A DNA stretch of 64,000 bases from Hydrurus foetidus (Eukaryota), in contig UYFQ01000138.1 in the NCBI GenBank assembly GCA_900617105.1, positions 1 to 64,000 on the forward strand, read 5' to 3'. The translations under genes and the position numbers were made by a program. Of this stretch, positions 37,501-50,992 are shown in pieces. Position 1 is the first letter of the stretch, and each line of letters starts with the position of its first letter. Under the pieces are notes generated by a model that ran no database searches, was not told the DNA's origin, and worked only from the letters and a program-made list of their open reading frames with translations.

Positions 37501-40500
37501 TAGCAGTGCAAAAAATACAAAATCACTCGACACTACCTCTTCTACCTCTTCTGAAGAAAGACTGGCGTCAAGTTTGAGTGATGTAAAGAGTAGTGAAAGA
37601 GGTAGTGGTGGTGGGGAAGAATCTTTTTGGCCAGCTTTTATGTTGTCGGATTGGTCTTTAGAGAGGGCAGGAAGGTACCGTATTTAATCTTAAATAGCAT
37701 CTAATTTACATAATAGCATCCTAATTGCGTTGTGTTTATTGTATCAGATATGTCATTGATTCATCTATTTTTATATAGAGTGCTGTATTTTTTCTGTACA
37801 ATTATTATTCGATTTTTTCGTGACCGTCAAAACACAATTAAATCTACCATTTACAATTTACATTGAAATTATTTAGGGGAGCAACACCATCTAATTTAGT
37901 GGAGCCAGCATCTAAATCTTGTGGTGAAGAAGTACGTAGTAACGTACGTACAGCAGGTAACACAATTTCTGAAAAATATTTTTACAATTTTTAGTGTTCC
38001 TGTCGGTTGCACAACTGCTAAAATGAATAAAATAGAATAAAATAGAATAGAATAGAATGAAATGAAATGAAATGAAATGAAATGAAATGAAATGAAATAA
38101 AATAGAATAAAATAAAATAGAATAGAAAAGAATAAAACAAAATTAAAGTAAGTTAAATAATGCGTTATGAACAGAATTGAAATCTCATCTATCAACCATT
38201 ATAATACACTTCTTTCTTCTCTTAATTTTTCTGACTTTATTTATAATAAATTCTATGTAGGAATGGTTATTATAGGGGATGAGATTTTAAACGGATTTAC
38301 CAACGAAATAAATATGGCAGTAGCATCTAAAGCGCTGAGTAAGTGCATCAAATATAACGATATCTCACCTAATGTATTATTTTGAATGTCTTCATTATAT
38401 CAATTTTTTTTATATGATTTTTTATAGATCATTTTATTTTGTCTCTATTGTAATATAACAGTTGTGTAATATATGGTATGACGTATTGTATAGACTGATA
38501 CATGCATTGTACGATGCGATATTATGTTCAGCTTTCTATACCCAAGTTAAGAAGTAGATATCATATTGCATTTAAATTGTGACTTACTGACTCTGCTCAA
38601 ACGAATACATGATGACATGTTTATATGCGACGATAATACCACAATTGATAGATAGTAATTATAATCATCACTCACATCTTTTTTTTAGAATCGCTTGGCA
38701 TACCCTTGAAGAGAGTGAGCATCGTGTCGGACGATATGAAAGAAATCAGCTTAGAGGTGAGGAAATGAAATAAAATGAATTGAAATAAAATAAAATGAAA
38801 AATCAAACTGAATAAATCATGAAAATACCACAGCTAAATATTAAAATTAAGAATTTTGCTTCGAAAATAGGTGAAACTTGTATGACACTTCACTCTGCCT
38901 TCTTTCCACCGACTTTTACATTTTTCACGTAGTGTCTCTGTGAGACGACGTCATTTGTAAGTGGCAGTTTTGTCTCGTGAAATCCCTCCATATAGTGCCT
39001 GTAATTACCGAACAGCTGAAAAGACGAAATAGCAGCAAATTAGATCAATATCCTAATCCTATCTTATTCCTAATTAACACACAAATATCAAATATGAAAT
39101 ATCAAATATCAAATATCTTATTCAACAGCTAAATCAGCCGAAACATTTAATCACTTAAATCTATTAATGCCGTTGATCTTTTATTATTGCACATTTTTTC
39201 TTTTTGTTTTTTTTTGTATGGTCGTAGGTTCGAAGAATGAGTCAGCAATTCGATATTGTGATTTCATCCGGTGGTATCGGACCAACCCATGATGACGTCA
39301 CGCTAAAGGTAAGATACGAAAGATGTGTCATTTTGTGCGATATTAAATTTTCATTTTGTAATTAAGTTCTGCTGGTAGACTTTTATCATCGACAACATTT
39401 TTAGATGTTGCGCTTTCACGTATGTATTTACGTAAATTCTGGTATAATCAACTAAAGACAGGCTGGTTAGGACTAGGGGAGGGTTGTTTTATTCGTAAAA
39501 GTGGCGAATTTCTCATACTGTCTTTTCACGTCATGACAACATAACTGTTATTATACAATTCTGAAAAATATTTCATTGAGAATATTTTTATCATTCAGGC
39601 AATCGCACTTGCCTTGGGTCAAAAAATATCAGGTACTTTTTTTAACTGAAGTATTTACTGTGGTCTTTTATTGTTTTATTAGATGGGATTAATATTTCCT
39701 GTCCAACTGAAAGGACGTGTTTAATCGCTGATCCACTTTTAATCCGGACCCCTCATATACACGACAATCCACACACACTATCTGGACCGTACTGAAAACT
39801 GGTGACGTACGGTACAGATAGTGTGCGTGGATTGTCGTGTATAGGGGTGGGTCCAGCATTAAAGCTGATCAGCAATTAAACACGATTCTGGAACCCCTTT
39901 GAATAACTTCACCTGAAGACCCACTGTGATTTCAAATTTCAATTTATTTCATCATCGATTCAGAGTCGCCCAATATCTTATTTCGTGTGTTTTATTTTTG
40001 TCAACCATAATCGCGACTATTTAAAATAACATTGATTCTTTAAAATTTGTATTTTGCATCTATTAGAAAACTCGATCATGCTTTCTCACTTGAGAGCCGT
40101 CCACAACGCGTCAAACCCGGGAAACGAAAATACGGAAATTAGTGAAGGCATGAAAAGGTATACAGTCGTCTCTACATCAGGACATTGTTTCAATCATCAT
40201 CACAAGAATGTTCGTATATATATTTCCTGGAAATCCAAAACTTCTGTGTATGTGGTTTTATGTATTGAAAGACACATACGCTTAAATCGATAATAATAAT
40301 TTTTTTATGAAAGTTCTATTATACCTACAAAAAATTAAGTATTAATTTCACATATTTTAGGTTAGCATGGTTGCCCGAGAATTCGACTTTGCTCTTTGTT
40401 CCATCAGGTAAGAAAAGTGTTACACTAATTGAGAATATCGGCGCAAGAAGTGTTACACTAATTGAAAGTATCGGCACAAGAAGTGTTACACTATTTTAAT

Positions 40501-41724
40501 GTATTGGTTATTGGTATGAAAAGTGTGACACTATTTTAGTGTATCGGTATGAGGAGAGTTATGAGATAATAATGACATTAGCACTGTACGATATTAATTA
40601 TTAGCTGTGAATTAAGATTATGCATAAGTTGAAGTGATATTTGAATAACATTACATCGATAAATTGATTATATGTGTATGACTCCATTATAAGTCAATCA
40701 AATTTATCGATCTCTTTCACAACACAAACCTTAATTAATTCTTTTTTTTGCTATATTTGGCTAACAATATAAAACATGATTAGTAATATACACAGCAGTA
40801 ATGATTTTAACCGGATATCCCGCCGTATTATAACGTAGATCCCGGAACATCTCCAATTTGGCCGGTCTTACTGTGTGACAATATTTTCGTCTTACCGGGC
40901 ATTCCGAAATTTTTCGAAAATAAGGTGGTCAATGATAAGATCAATTAAATTGCTTCAATTGTTTCGAATGTTTTTGTTTATTTCGTATTTACATGTAATA
41001 TGATCATTCTTTTTCTTCTTTTTTTTAGATGAATTTGATCGTAAAACATTTTATCAAAAGTGAAAATCAAATTCTAAACACGCACAGAATAGGTAAGTGG
41101 TATCACGCACGTACAGTACGTACACATTCATATCCGCAATTCTGTCTCACACGACAACGACTCTGTGACATTCTCAATTTATCCGTTCTTTCATTTTTCT
41201 ATATCATATCATATCACCTATATCCCTCCATCCAAAATTCAAATTTATTGATAGTCTCTTCCCACCCTATGCTTCTTATCCCTTCCTGTTTTATTTTACC
41301 TCTATTTTCCATGATTTTTTGAATATTTTCCCTTTTCTTTTTTTATCGATTTAGTGCTTGATACGCACGAGATGAGTTTGGTAGGTATCCTGGACCGACT
41401 AGTTCCAAACCATCCGGAAGTCAAATTTGGATCTTACCCGTAAGTACCTCATAACTCGGTATAATCTAGACTTTATTTGAATTGCGTTGTGATGGATTAT
41501 ACACAAAAAAATCAGTTTTTTTATGTCCGATGAACGTTCGTACTTCGATGAAATCGAAAAACAATTTTAACTTGACTTTTTCTTAGCATTTGACACTGAG
41601 TTATTATTTATTGTTTTTATCGTCATTATATTATTGTTAATATTACCATCATTATTATTATCATTATTAGTTTTTTTTATTGCTGTTATCACTATGATCG
41701 TCAGTATTTTTATGCTTATTATCT

Positions 41725-41755
<31 letters not shown>

Positions 41756-42219
41756 CATTACTACAAAAGGTTTGTGGACCATCCAGAATTCAAAACTATA
41801 ATAACCGTGGAGGGAGTTAGTGAATATAAAGTGCAGGATGCAGTTAACGACCTCCTAGAATCTTTACCTGCAAACGCCGCCCTCAGGTGTGTTCAAATAA
41901 AGTAGAGAAAGATGTTACGAAAGAGGTAGTAAAAGAGGCAGAGTTATGAGGAGTGATAGGACTACATCGGGGCAAAAAAATTTCAGTGATAAAACAGAAT
42001 ATTTCTCACAACATTTATACTGTGTTACCTTATCGCCAAAATACAACTGTATCGCTGATTCTTATCACAAGAATAGAGAGGAAATGTGTAACATTTTCTA
42101 ATCATCTTTTCCCTCATAAAAGCAGGAAAACAGTCCTAATTCTACTGTTTGAATGTTTTGATTGAATCTGTATTTTAACAATTATCATTTCTCTTTTTTG
42201 CAGAGTTGAGAGATGCTAA
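34517..42219 (+). CDS. FLAD1: Bifunctional FAD synthase: N-terminal PAPS-reductase-like FMN adenylyltransferase plus C-terminal molybdopterin-binding/CinA-like domain (~17 exons)
   Basis: [48 protein letters not shown]; then [36 protein letters not shown]. Exons are bounded by GT-AG. Start may instead be ATG 34502. Confidence 0.9.
36640..37185. repeat. Intronic (TGTGT)n pentamer microsatellite
   Basis: Degenerate tgtgt/tgtat/tgtgc array. Confidence 0.97.
38020..38145. repeat. Intronic (AATAG/AATGA/AATAA)n microsatellite
   Basis: Direct inspection. Confidence 0.9.
39716..39884. repeat. Intronic ~170-bp imperfect hairpin (foldback or MITE remnant)
   Basis: The arm cgtgtttaat..tatacacgacaatccac..actatctg..ccgtac mirrors gtacgg..cagatagt..gtggattgtcgtgtata..attaaacacg. 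Confidence 0.8.
40410..40550. repeat. ~30-bp intronic tandem repeat (about 4 copies)
   Basis: Recurring aagtgttacacta..tatcgg. Confidence 0.75.
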
Positions 42220-42917
42220 TGGCGAGACAAAGAAAAGAAAAGAAAAGAAAAAGGAAAGAAGAAGCAACAAAAAAAGTATGCATTTGGAGAACAAAAGAAG
42301 AAAGATTGATTCAATTTTCTACACCGTTGAGACTAGATTTCCAGGATTTTATTTTTTGTTACCAATTTCGCACCGACTTTTTACAATGACACTCCTTGCA
42401 TCAAACTGTTCGGCACTTTTTTCTTTTTAAATTGGCATATTATGCTACACTATTCTATTCTACATTGTAAAGTAAAAGAAAGAAACGAAACTTTTTGGTC
42501 TCTTTTTCTGTCCAGAAGTTGAAATTTATTAATTGGAGTTGTTGCAAATTTTTATTCAAAGTAAAAGCGAGTAAAATTTGTGTTTTATTTCTTGCTTTCT
42601 GAACGCAATTTTAAGAATTCGTATTCGCATCTCCATATCCTTATATTCTCAACAACTCTTTCGTTTCCTTTTACTGTGGCGCCAATCGTTGTTGTAAAGT
42701 TTTTTTTTAATTTTCTTCAACGTTTCAAGCGCACACAACAATTCACGCAATTAAGAAATATTCTAAAATAGAAGTCATCAAAAAGGTATCAAAAGTTGAT
42801 TCAATTATTTAGATGAAGTAAACAGGCAATCAAGATGACTCAATCAAAATTCAAAAAAAATCAAAAAGTAAGGAAAGAACAATTTAATTTGACATGAATC
42901 ATGTAATTTTATTTGAT

Positions 42918-44217
42918 TTACTTGTTGCAAACTGGATGAAAATTAAATCCTATAAAGCTACCGCGATAAGTTCCGTGTAGAAGGTCTAAATACGGAAATG
43001 GAAAACCGTAATTTGAGTCAAATGTTGAGTGGTGAATATCGTGATCTTCCGTATTGTACAAACCTGAAAAATAAAAATGTCAGGAATGTCAGCAATGATA
43101 AAGTGTGAATATAGATGGAAAAACTTATGTTGCGGAAAAAGATTGATTTGCATCAAATAAAGGAAATGTAAATAAATGTGTTGAAACTTGTGGAGCATCC
43201 GAGGGGAGTGAGTGAATAGCAGAACCAATTTCCGTAGATAAATAAGTAAAACTAGCAAGTACTTCGGTGCTTTTTTGCATTTTAACCGCAGTATAAGAAA
43301 ACTTTTCGTCTTTCAAGTTTTTCAAGTTTTAAATAGAGTTGTCAGTGGAGAGATAAAACACAAACAAATGTAAGCACATAAAACATCGGAAGTATGCAGA
43401 AACAGAAAAAGTTGTCGCCACTGATCTAGGAATTCATTTTGATGACTCATACATGGGCAAAAACTGCACAAAACCAGAAATCTAAATAATATACGTTCAT
43501 GCTGTTTTTTACTTCGCATATCATGAAGAAATTCAGGAAATTCGACTTTTAACCACAATTACCTGGAATGTTCAATTTAACTCCAGAATGGTCTAAAGTC
43601 CCACAAAGTCCCATGATAATCATGTACAATAAAAAAGAATAATGATGACACCGAAATAAAAAAGGAGGGGAATACAGAATAGTGTAGTATGCAACTGCTT
43701 CGAGTGGATGAATATACATATCGTCCCAGGGCTCAGGCGACTTCACGTAATGATGAAATTTGTGAAATCGTTTGTACATCAATTTTGAATGGAGGAATCT
43801 ATGCCAGTAATACTCGGCAATATTTTCAAATGTTACAGCTACGAATAAGTCGTTTATAATTGTGGTCAGCCCGTATTCTTCCACTGACTGAAAACTCATC
43901 CGACTTTTTCCTCTTACACACAGCTCAGTCATAATGAAAGCGAAGCATGATGCAGTGATGAGGTTCAGTGCTGTGAGTAATGCGTGATCTTTCGCTCTGC
44001 TCGATTTCCCTTCTGACAGAAATGGAACAGCCCAGAAGATGCCCAGGTCTCCTAAACCTTTCTCCATCTGAATTTTCCATTGCCTGCTACCGGATTGTGT
44101 GCTCGGGTAGTAGAAGAAAAACTGTAGCAGGGATGACTGAATGATATAACCGAAGAATATGACTCCCGCACTAGCGAAGGAGTACGACGACAAGGTGTTG
44201 CCAAAGGAGCTTGCCAT
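42918..44217 (-). CDS. Sterol desaturase / fatty acid hydroxylase superfamily protein (2 exons: 44217-43563 and 43063-42918)
   Basis: His boxes YWHRFLH, FHKFHH, DHSG and HDIHH; HPLE and NYG motifs; TM segments; in-frame GT-AG intron. Confidence 0.9.
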
Positions 44218-44823
44218 GAACTGGGAATTCTATTTGAGATCCTCCAGCTGGAGATCCCTGCAAGAGACGAAGGTTAGTTGAGAGACAGCATCGCTTTCTC
44301 GACTCACAATATCTTCGTTGCCTGAAAGAATCTTAGCTTCGTTGCCTCTTCGCAAGTGAAGTGAGAACAAGTGAGAAGTAAAGGCACCCATTTACGGATT
44401 CCGTCGTCGACCCTATGTTTTCAAAAAAATTGGAAATAGCCTCATGTTGGTCCACGTTCTGCACCACTCAAAGCATATCACAAACTGAAAGTTATCCAAC
44501 TCTCATTCAGTCAGCAATCGATCAAATTGCAAACTTCTTCTTGCATTCGACGGAGGAGATCAAGATTCGAGGCCACCAGAAAAAGAAAATTGAAATTCGT
44601 GCGACCGAAAAATATATACTCAGTCTGCCAAGGTGATCATTGATTTCGAGCTGTCCATCATATGTAAGATTTCATGATTGTTCGGAGCTCGGCAGCTACC
44701 TTTTGACATGATGCATGCATTTTCATAAGTATTAAGAAAGATAATCCGTTGAGAGAGTCCATTTCCTTGTTTTCCATCGGTCGCAAAATACTCCTCAAAC
44801 AGTGCCCTATACCTTTCTGGTAG

Positions 44824-47463
44824 ATGGCATCCTTATCACAGGAGTTCTGTGCTTTCACAGTGGCTATCGTTCTCGAATGTCGTCCTCACAAGAGCACTGA
44901 CCAAAAGCACAGTGTGGAATCAATCACCGAGGATTTGGTGCAATTTGAGTACTGTCACGATCACAACTTTCATGTGAATATGGCTGCTCTGCATCAGGGC
45001 CTTGCAATATTCAAGAAGCCTGTTGAGCGGCTTGGGCATAGAATAATTCCAGTGAGTGCTCACAAAGATCAGTTTAGAACAGAGGCATTCATGGATTTAG
45101 GTCCTCGAACACGTGGTTCAGAATTAGCTTACACTGTAGTCGACAACAATCTGACAAGAACAAGAGATGACTTTGTCACCGACATTGCAAAAACAGCGAA
45201 CTTTCTACTGAGTAGAACTTTCCAAGAAACATCGAAATATGTGTCAATAAGTGAGATTCTAGGAGTCTTATGGTTACTCAGTTTATCAGATAGCTCAAAC
45301 TCAAACAAACGTAGGAAGGCAGGTGATGATTTAGGTGAGAAACAGCTATTTAAGTATGGTAATCAAGTAAGAGAGTTAATTTCGACGCACATTTGTACAG
45401 AAAATGAATCACCATTCGTATACATTAATGCAGCAGTACGGCTATCAATATCGAAAAGTGAGTCTAACTTAGATGCAGTGCGTAGAAACATTTTTGATGA
45501 AGAGTTGGATGATGAGGACGATGTAGTTCAGATCCTCAGCCATCCCTCCGTGATAGATCATCTCAGCGATTTCCCTAAGCGAAACATAAAGTTTCATAGT
45601 TATGAGATAGATAAAATCATCACACTATTTGATGTTATTGCAACAGTGAGGGCAGAGATAGAAGGCGTCGAGTATGAAAAAAATGACAGTTTGACAGCTT
45701 CTATTACAAAAAGAGCGTTGAAAAATTACACACATTATTCAGAATTAGTCATACCATCAATCGTTAGGTGGAGTAGTAGTAGAGACGTTGTGAGGAAAGA
45801 AGTTGGAAGGAAAATAAATATTGAATTTGAGGCGGATGTTTGGGGTAAATTGATGATATGCGAGTTTGAAAAAATAAATGTAAGTTGCATCAAATTTTAG
45901 TAAATTTACATCAAATGAGTGGAAACATGTGGTCACTTGCATCGTTTCATATGTAATAAATTAATCATGATTTACTATGTTCACTTATATCATATGTTAC
46001 AAAGCGTGGGTATAGACTCCCGTACCTAAATCTGCCTGCAACTTATAAGATATTATGTATACCACACATCTTAGGTTGATGGAGAAATTATAGACGTACC
46101 ACGCATTCTGGTCAGTGTTGTATACACATACGCAATAATAATACAGGCAGCAAAAGTAACACAAGCAAGTGAAAGGTGGTGTGCTGATGATAAAATTAAT
46201 ACCCTTATGTTCAGTTCGAAATGGGTTAGAACATTTTTGAACCGAGCAAATATGAGAAGAAGAAAAATTACAACTGACGATAAAGTTGTTCCTTCAGACG
46301 AAGAAATAACGAGAATCATGAATATTGGACAACAAATGTACAAAGATTACGGACATACAAAAGACACCACAATTAATATGGATGAGACAGCATTCACCTA
46401 TGCTATAGGTCCAGAGCATATGTACTGCCCACCTGATCAAAGTCGCGCGCAGAATATTGGAGTGCCAAATACCAAGCTTCGCATAACAGCCGTTGTTGCG
46501 GTAAGTGGAAATGGCGACTTTGTTCCCCTATTTATTATTATAAAGCATTCAGTTAGTTCAGCAGATAGACCGGATCAGTCAGGTATGCGTGTTATAAAAG
46601 ATCTTCACAAGAAAGATGATGGTTATGGTATTAGTGATGGTTGGGAACTCATTTTATGGTGTAGATCACTGACTATGAGAGGTGTGACAGATATGCATAA
46701 GTGTTACTACATCATCAACAAATATACCGGGCATGTGATAACGAGTCAATATAAAGCGTGGAACGATACAGTTAGAATGATCATGTGGTTAGATACTATA
46801 GTAAAGCCATTAAAAGAGAAGTTAGGAAAATTAATGATATGGTTTGATAATTGTGGATGTCACAAAACTACTCTGGTTGATGACGTTATAGCAGAATTAG
46901 GTATACAAATAGCTTGTTTACCACCTAACATGACAGGCGTATTGCAAGTTTTAGATTTAGTAGTGAATGGACCACTAAAAGCGCATACTAGAAACTTAAG
47001 GGGGTCAAGAATAGTAGAGTGCTTCCAGTCATATGCTAAATTGTATACTGAGGAATTGAAGAAAGATATTCAGGATCGTGTCTTACCGGTATTCGAACCT
47101 CCGAAACCGGATATGATGCAAAGTGTGACAGATCTCTTAGATCTCATGGCTGGTGGATTCAAGTTACCTAAATTTGTAGAAGGAGTCAAACGTTCTTTTG
47201 TTAGCACTGGTTGTGTTCCATTTGATGAGAGTGATGTGTTGAATCCATTATTTATTCAGTATAGTAGGCACAAAATATGTGGTACAATGAAGATCACTCC
47301 GACAGGGACATCATTCCCAATAGACACCTCTAACACCGATATTAATGTTGACGATACAAACCAATTTATACTGCCAATTAATTTTATGTTGGAGTATGAT
47401 AACGCCATGTTGGAATATGATCACGAAATGACAGATGCTATGAACTTTATTTCGAATTTGTAA
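44824..47463 (+). CDS. pogo-like DD35D transposase, 2 exons (44824-45879 and 46075-47463), ~814 aa
   Basis: NMDET, WFDNCGCH and LPPNMTGVLQVLD with 35 residues between the last two Asp; FSSKWVRTFLNR CENP-B-type helix; in-frame GT-AG intron. Confidence 0.88.
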
Positions 47464-47616
47464 TATATACTGGACTTCACTTTTAAATAAATAGAACATA
47501 TATAGGTTGTACAATAAATTGTTTAATTAATTAGATTTAAAACAAAAATTAAAATTTTGCTATCATCATATCTGCGACACTAATAATAATCTTGATTTTA
47601 ATAATCTTAAAACATT

Positions 47617-48604
47617 TTATAACTCACTTATCGTGACAAGATTTGCTAATTTGTTAGAGAGCACAGTAATATCACGACACGTAATCACAACATTGAGAAT
47701 GTATCCTTTTTTGGTGTGGTTTGTATCACCATCACTAAGAAAACAGTCAAAACAGACAGAGTCTAACATGCCTGTGCACATCAAGTCATCTAGTATGGGT
47801 GCTAACTTGGCAGCCCATTCCCTTTTGATGTGCCCAATGTGCTCACCAGGATCAAAAGCTCCCTTATTACACCCGCCAATGCTGTCCGGTGCGCGCACTT
47901 GAACGCAGTTCGCATCTACACAAGCATTGTATACATTTACATTCTTATCAGTTAGTCTGTAAAATGAGAATTAATATGACAGAGTAGCTCACAGTTGAGT
48001 AATCATAAACGAAATTAAAATTGCAAATTGTCCGTTTTTAAACACAAGGGTAGTGTGCATGAAGAAAGAATGAAGGGTAATATGCTGGAGTGACTACGTT
48101 CATTAATAAACAGGTCATATATGCGCAGCATTATGACGAAGCATTACACCTCCCTCGTAGAGTAGACAGACCGAAAAAAAAAATGCAAGGGCTTCGCCTC
48201 GTGCCGCAAATGGTACAGTTATGCGACATCAATCAGGAATTCAAAATTAGGTAGGTCATGTCTGAGGTCAGTAACACGGCAGGTGAAAATATAGTTGTCA
48301 AAAGTTTGACAGAAGGAGCAATAATTTACCGTGCAGATTGTGGGGATTTCTCATCAATCTGCACACCGATCCTTTCTTGACTTTGATCCCTCTATCCAGG
48401 GCAAAAAGTCCTGTTGCCTCGCACTTGAAGCTGTGAATTTGGATCATGCCTGTAATTGAAGACGATCTCGCAAATTAGCGATTTGTAATCAAGGACAGCT
48501 CCAATTTGGACTCTCTCGACGGATTCGAGTGCTAAAATGAAGTTCTGAACATAAATGAGAGCGAAAAGGACAATTGATTTTGCAGGAGCCACGATATTCA
48601 TCAA
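47617..48604 (-). CDS. Possible convergent Cys-rich passenger gene or fragment inside the transposon
   Basis: Open segment ~47957-47617 after a ttttacag acceptor, plus hydrophobic-start ORF 48604-48392. No recognised family. Confidence 0.3.
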
Positions 48605-48879
48605 CTCACCAGATCGCTGTTGAAAAATATGATCTATGGCGATCCAATCTTCAAATGAAAGCTTCCTCAGATCTCAATGACGAAATCAGCAAGTAACAAC
48701 CACACCAATCAGGTCAGTTTGCACCACTCAGAAGCTGATGAGGTGGAGAACTGGTGATGTTGTTGTGTTGTGAATGCGAAGTTGTGATTTGGGGAGTATA
48801 TTCAGCGGCAGACATAAAGAAGGCCTAATTCCCGGATGTACACTCAACCGAAATAAAACATAGGGTCGACGACGGTATA

Positions 48880-49524
48880 CCAGTGCCGGTAATAACGCGG
48901 TTTCGGTAAAAACGCGGTTATTCGACCCGGCAGCCGGCAGGTCCGATATCTCTCCAAATTCTTCATGAAAAAGTTTTTGTCAGTTCGATAGTTCATACAT
49001 TATTCGACATGATTAACAGATCGACATGAGATTCATCATGTCGGATATAGATGAAGCAAGAGTATGAGTTATTATAGGCAGCATTTTATCGCGATAGTCA
49101 CTGAGATAGTTTAGAGCCAAAAATGTGCTTTTTTCGTCGAAATATTAGGAAATCGCATCCCGAATACGTTAAAAAGGCACATTTTTGGTCTCTGAAACTG
49201 AGGCATCTCAGTGACTATCGCGATTTGTACGAAACCCTCGCGGATCCATACTAATCTGACTGCTGCCTACAAGATAGAATATCTAACTCATACTCTTGCT
49301 TCATCTATATCCGACATTGGTGAATCGCCAAAAGTGACTGATGTCGATCTCGTGATGAAATCATGAATTCCAGGAAATTTTAATAATCGTAGCGGATGTA
49401 AAACTATCGAATTACCTGTGAGAATGTTTGACAAAAACTTTTTCATGAAGAATTTGGAGAGATAACGGACCTGCCGGGTCGAATAATCGCGTTTTTACCG
49501 AAACTGCGTTATTACCGGCACTGG
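48880..49524. mobile_element. 645-bp foldback/MITE, palindromic over almost its whole length
   Basis: ccagtgccggtaataacgc.. / ..gcgttattaccggcactgg, with mirrored internal blocks to a centre near 49150; TATA on both flanks. Confidence 0.9.
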
Positions 49525-50992
49525 TATACTTTAAAACTGAAAAAAATACGTGTATGATCTACAAGATTTGTGTAGTCAAATATGTGTAACTTCTACTATT
49601 TCAATAAAGTTTGTACTAAAAACAACGAAATAATACTATTCAGATAGACCATTGTACTAATACCTGTGAGTCCGTTGTTGGTCTACCAAATGATAAATAT
49701 CTTCCGATTTTGTTCTATGCTCAGCCAATCAAGGCTACATCAACAAATCAAGGCTTTTCTAATCCTATCTCTACTGGCAGCTGTAATAATCTACCCATTT
49801 CTTAACCCTAACCCTGACCGGCTCCCAAACGTTCTAATCCAAACTGAAACCAGATGAAAAACGTCATGACCTCTGCGTGATCACCCAAAGTCCCCATTAT
49901 GACATTCCAAAAAAAAAGTAGAAATGACAGCGCAGCATCATAAAATTAGAAATTATTATTGCGCACCTATTTAAGTACGACTTAAATAGTAGGTCGATCT
50001 TTACTTCAGGGTGTAGAATCCATATTTTAGTACAGTTGTGTTTTGGTAAATTTTACAGGATTTTAGTACAGGATCTACTCACTTTACTGATTGGAAATTA
50101 CGTTAACGTCCTTAACAAACACGAATCAGGCACAACTGAAGCAGATGGGTTCTGATGTGGGAAGTAAAGCGCTTATCATAGTAACAGCTCCGAACAGTAA
50201 AATAATAAGTGGTGGGTAACACTTTTTGCGATGTTTGTTCCTGCAAAACAAAAAGTTCTTGTTTCTTTGACGAGCCATTTCTGTAAAGTAAACAAGTACG
50301 CAACCGTGTCGGATCCCGTAGAAGAGAGCAGTCCTGGATTAATTGTGTTCTATGATGATCTAATTGAACTTCTAAATTTGTGCCTTAAAGTCATAAATAG
50401 GATGGCTGAGATTATTAACTGCTTCCGTTCTATGAAAAAAAATACTTTGTCCGAAATCGGTTCACGGAACCAAATTTCAAAACATATTGTTGGATCATAT
50501 CATTGTCATACTAGCTCCAGAGCATCAAATCTACAGCAATTATTACAAAGAATTGTTTTCAAATGTGTAGCATCGCTGTAGGATGATCAATATAATTGCG
50601 ATTATCATAATCTTGTCAACTTCCCCATGAAGGCAAAAGTGGAAGGTACAAGTGGGGACAAAAACACGAAACTCTCGTGAACAAGATTCCGATTTTACAC
50701 GGTTTTTAGAAATCGAATCTTCGAATCTTGTTCAGAGTTTGGGGTGCGTTGTCGTTGTACAATGCTCACCGCAAACACACCACGTCATACAATGCTCCTT
50801 TCCACGTTGAAGCAGTCAGAAGCTGTTCACAACTACTTCAACGTGCAACACAGTTGTTCATTTCAATTGTTCACCAACGACTCACTTCATCATTCACATT
50901 CCACAATCATCTTTCACTCGGTCCTCAAAACCAATTTTTCTACATTTTCCTTTTCCGGATTACCGCCGAATCCCGACAATTGGTTTTAAGCA

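Larger units (their letters stand above)
44401..48875 (+). mobile_element. pogo-type (Tc1/mariner-pogo) DNA transposon, 4.5 kb
   Basis: Perfect 21-bp TIRs ccgtcgtcgaccctatgtttt (44401-44421) and 48855-48875. Right flank TA, left flank TT. Encodes a DDE_1-type transposase. Confidence 0.92.

Noticed and set aside
49801..49820. CCCTAA-like telomeric units (also near 63746)
   Set aside because: Only 2-3 imperfect units.
50231..50581. ORF upstream of Copia B as part of a disrupted host gene
   Set aside because: No recognisable domain or consistent splice model linking it to 56409-56591.
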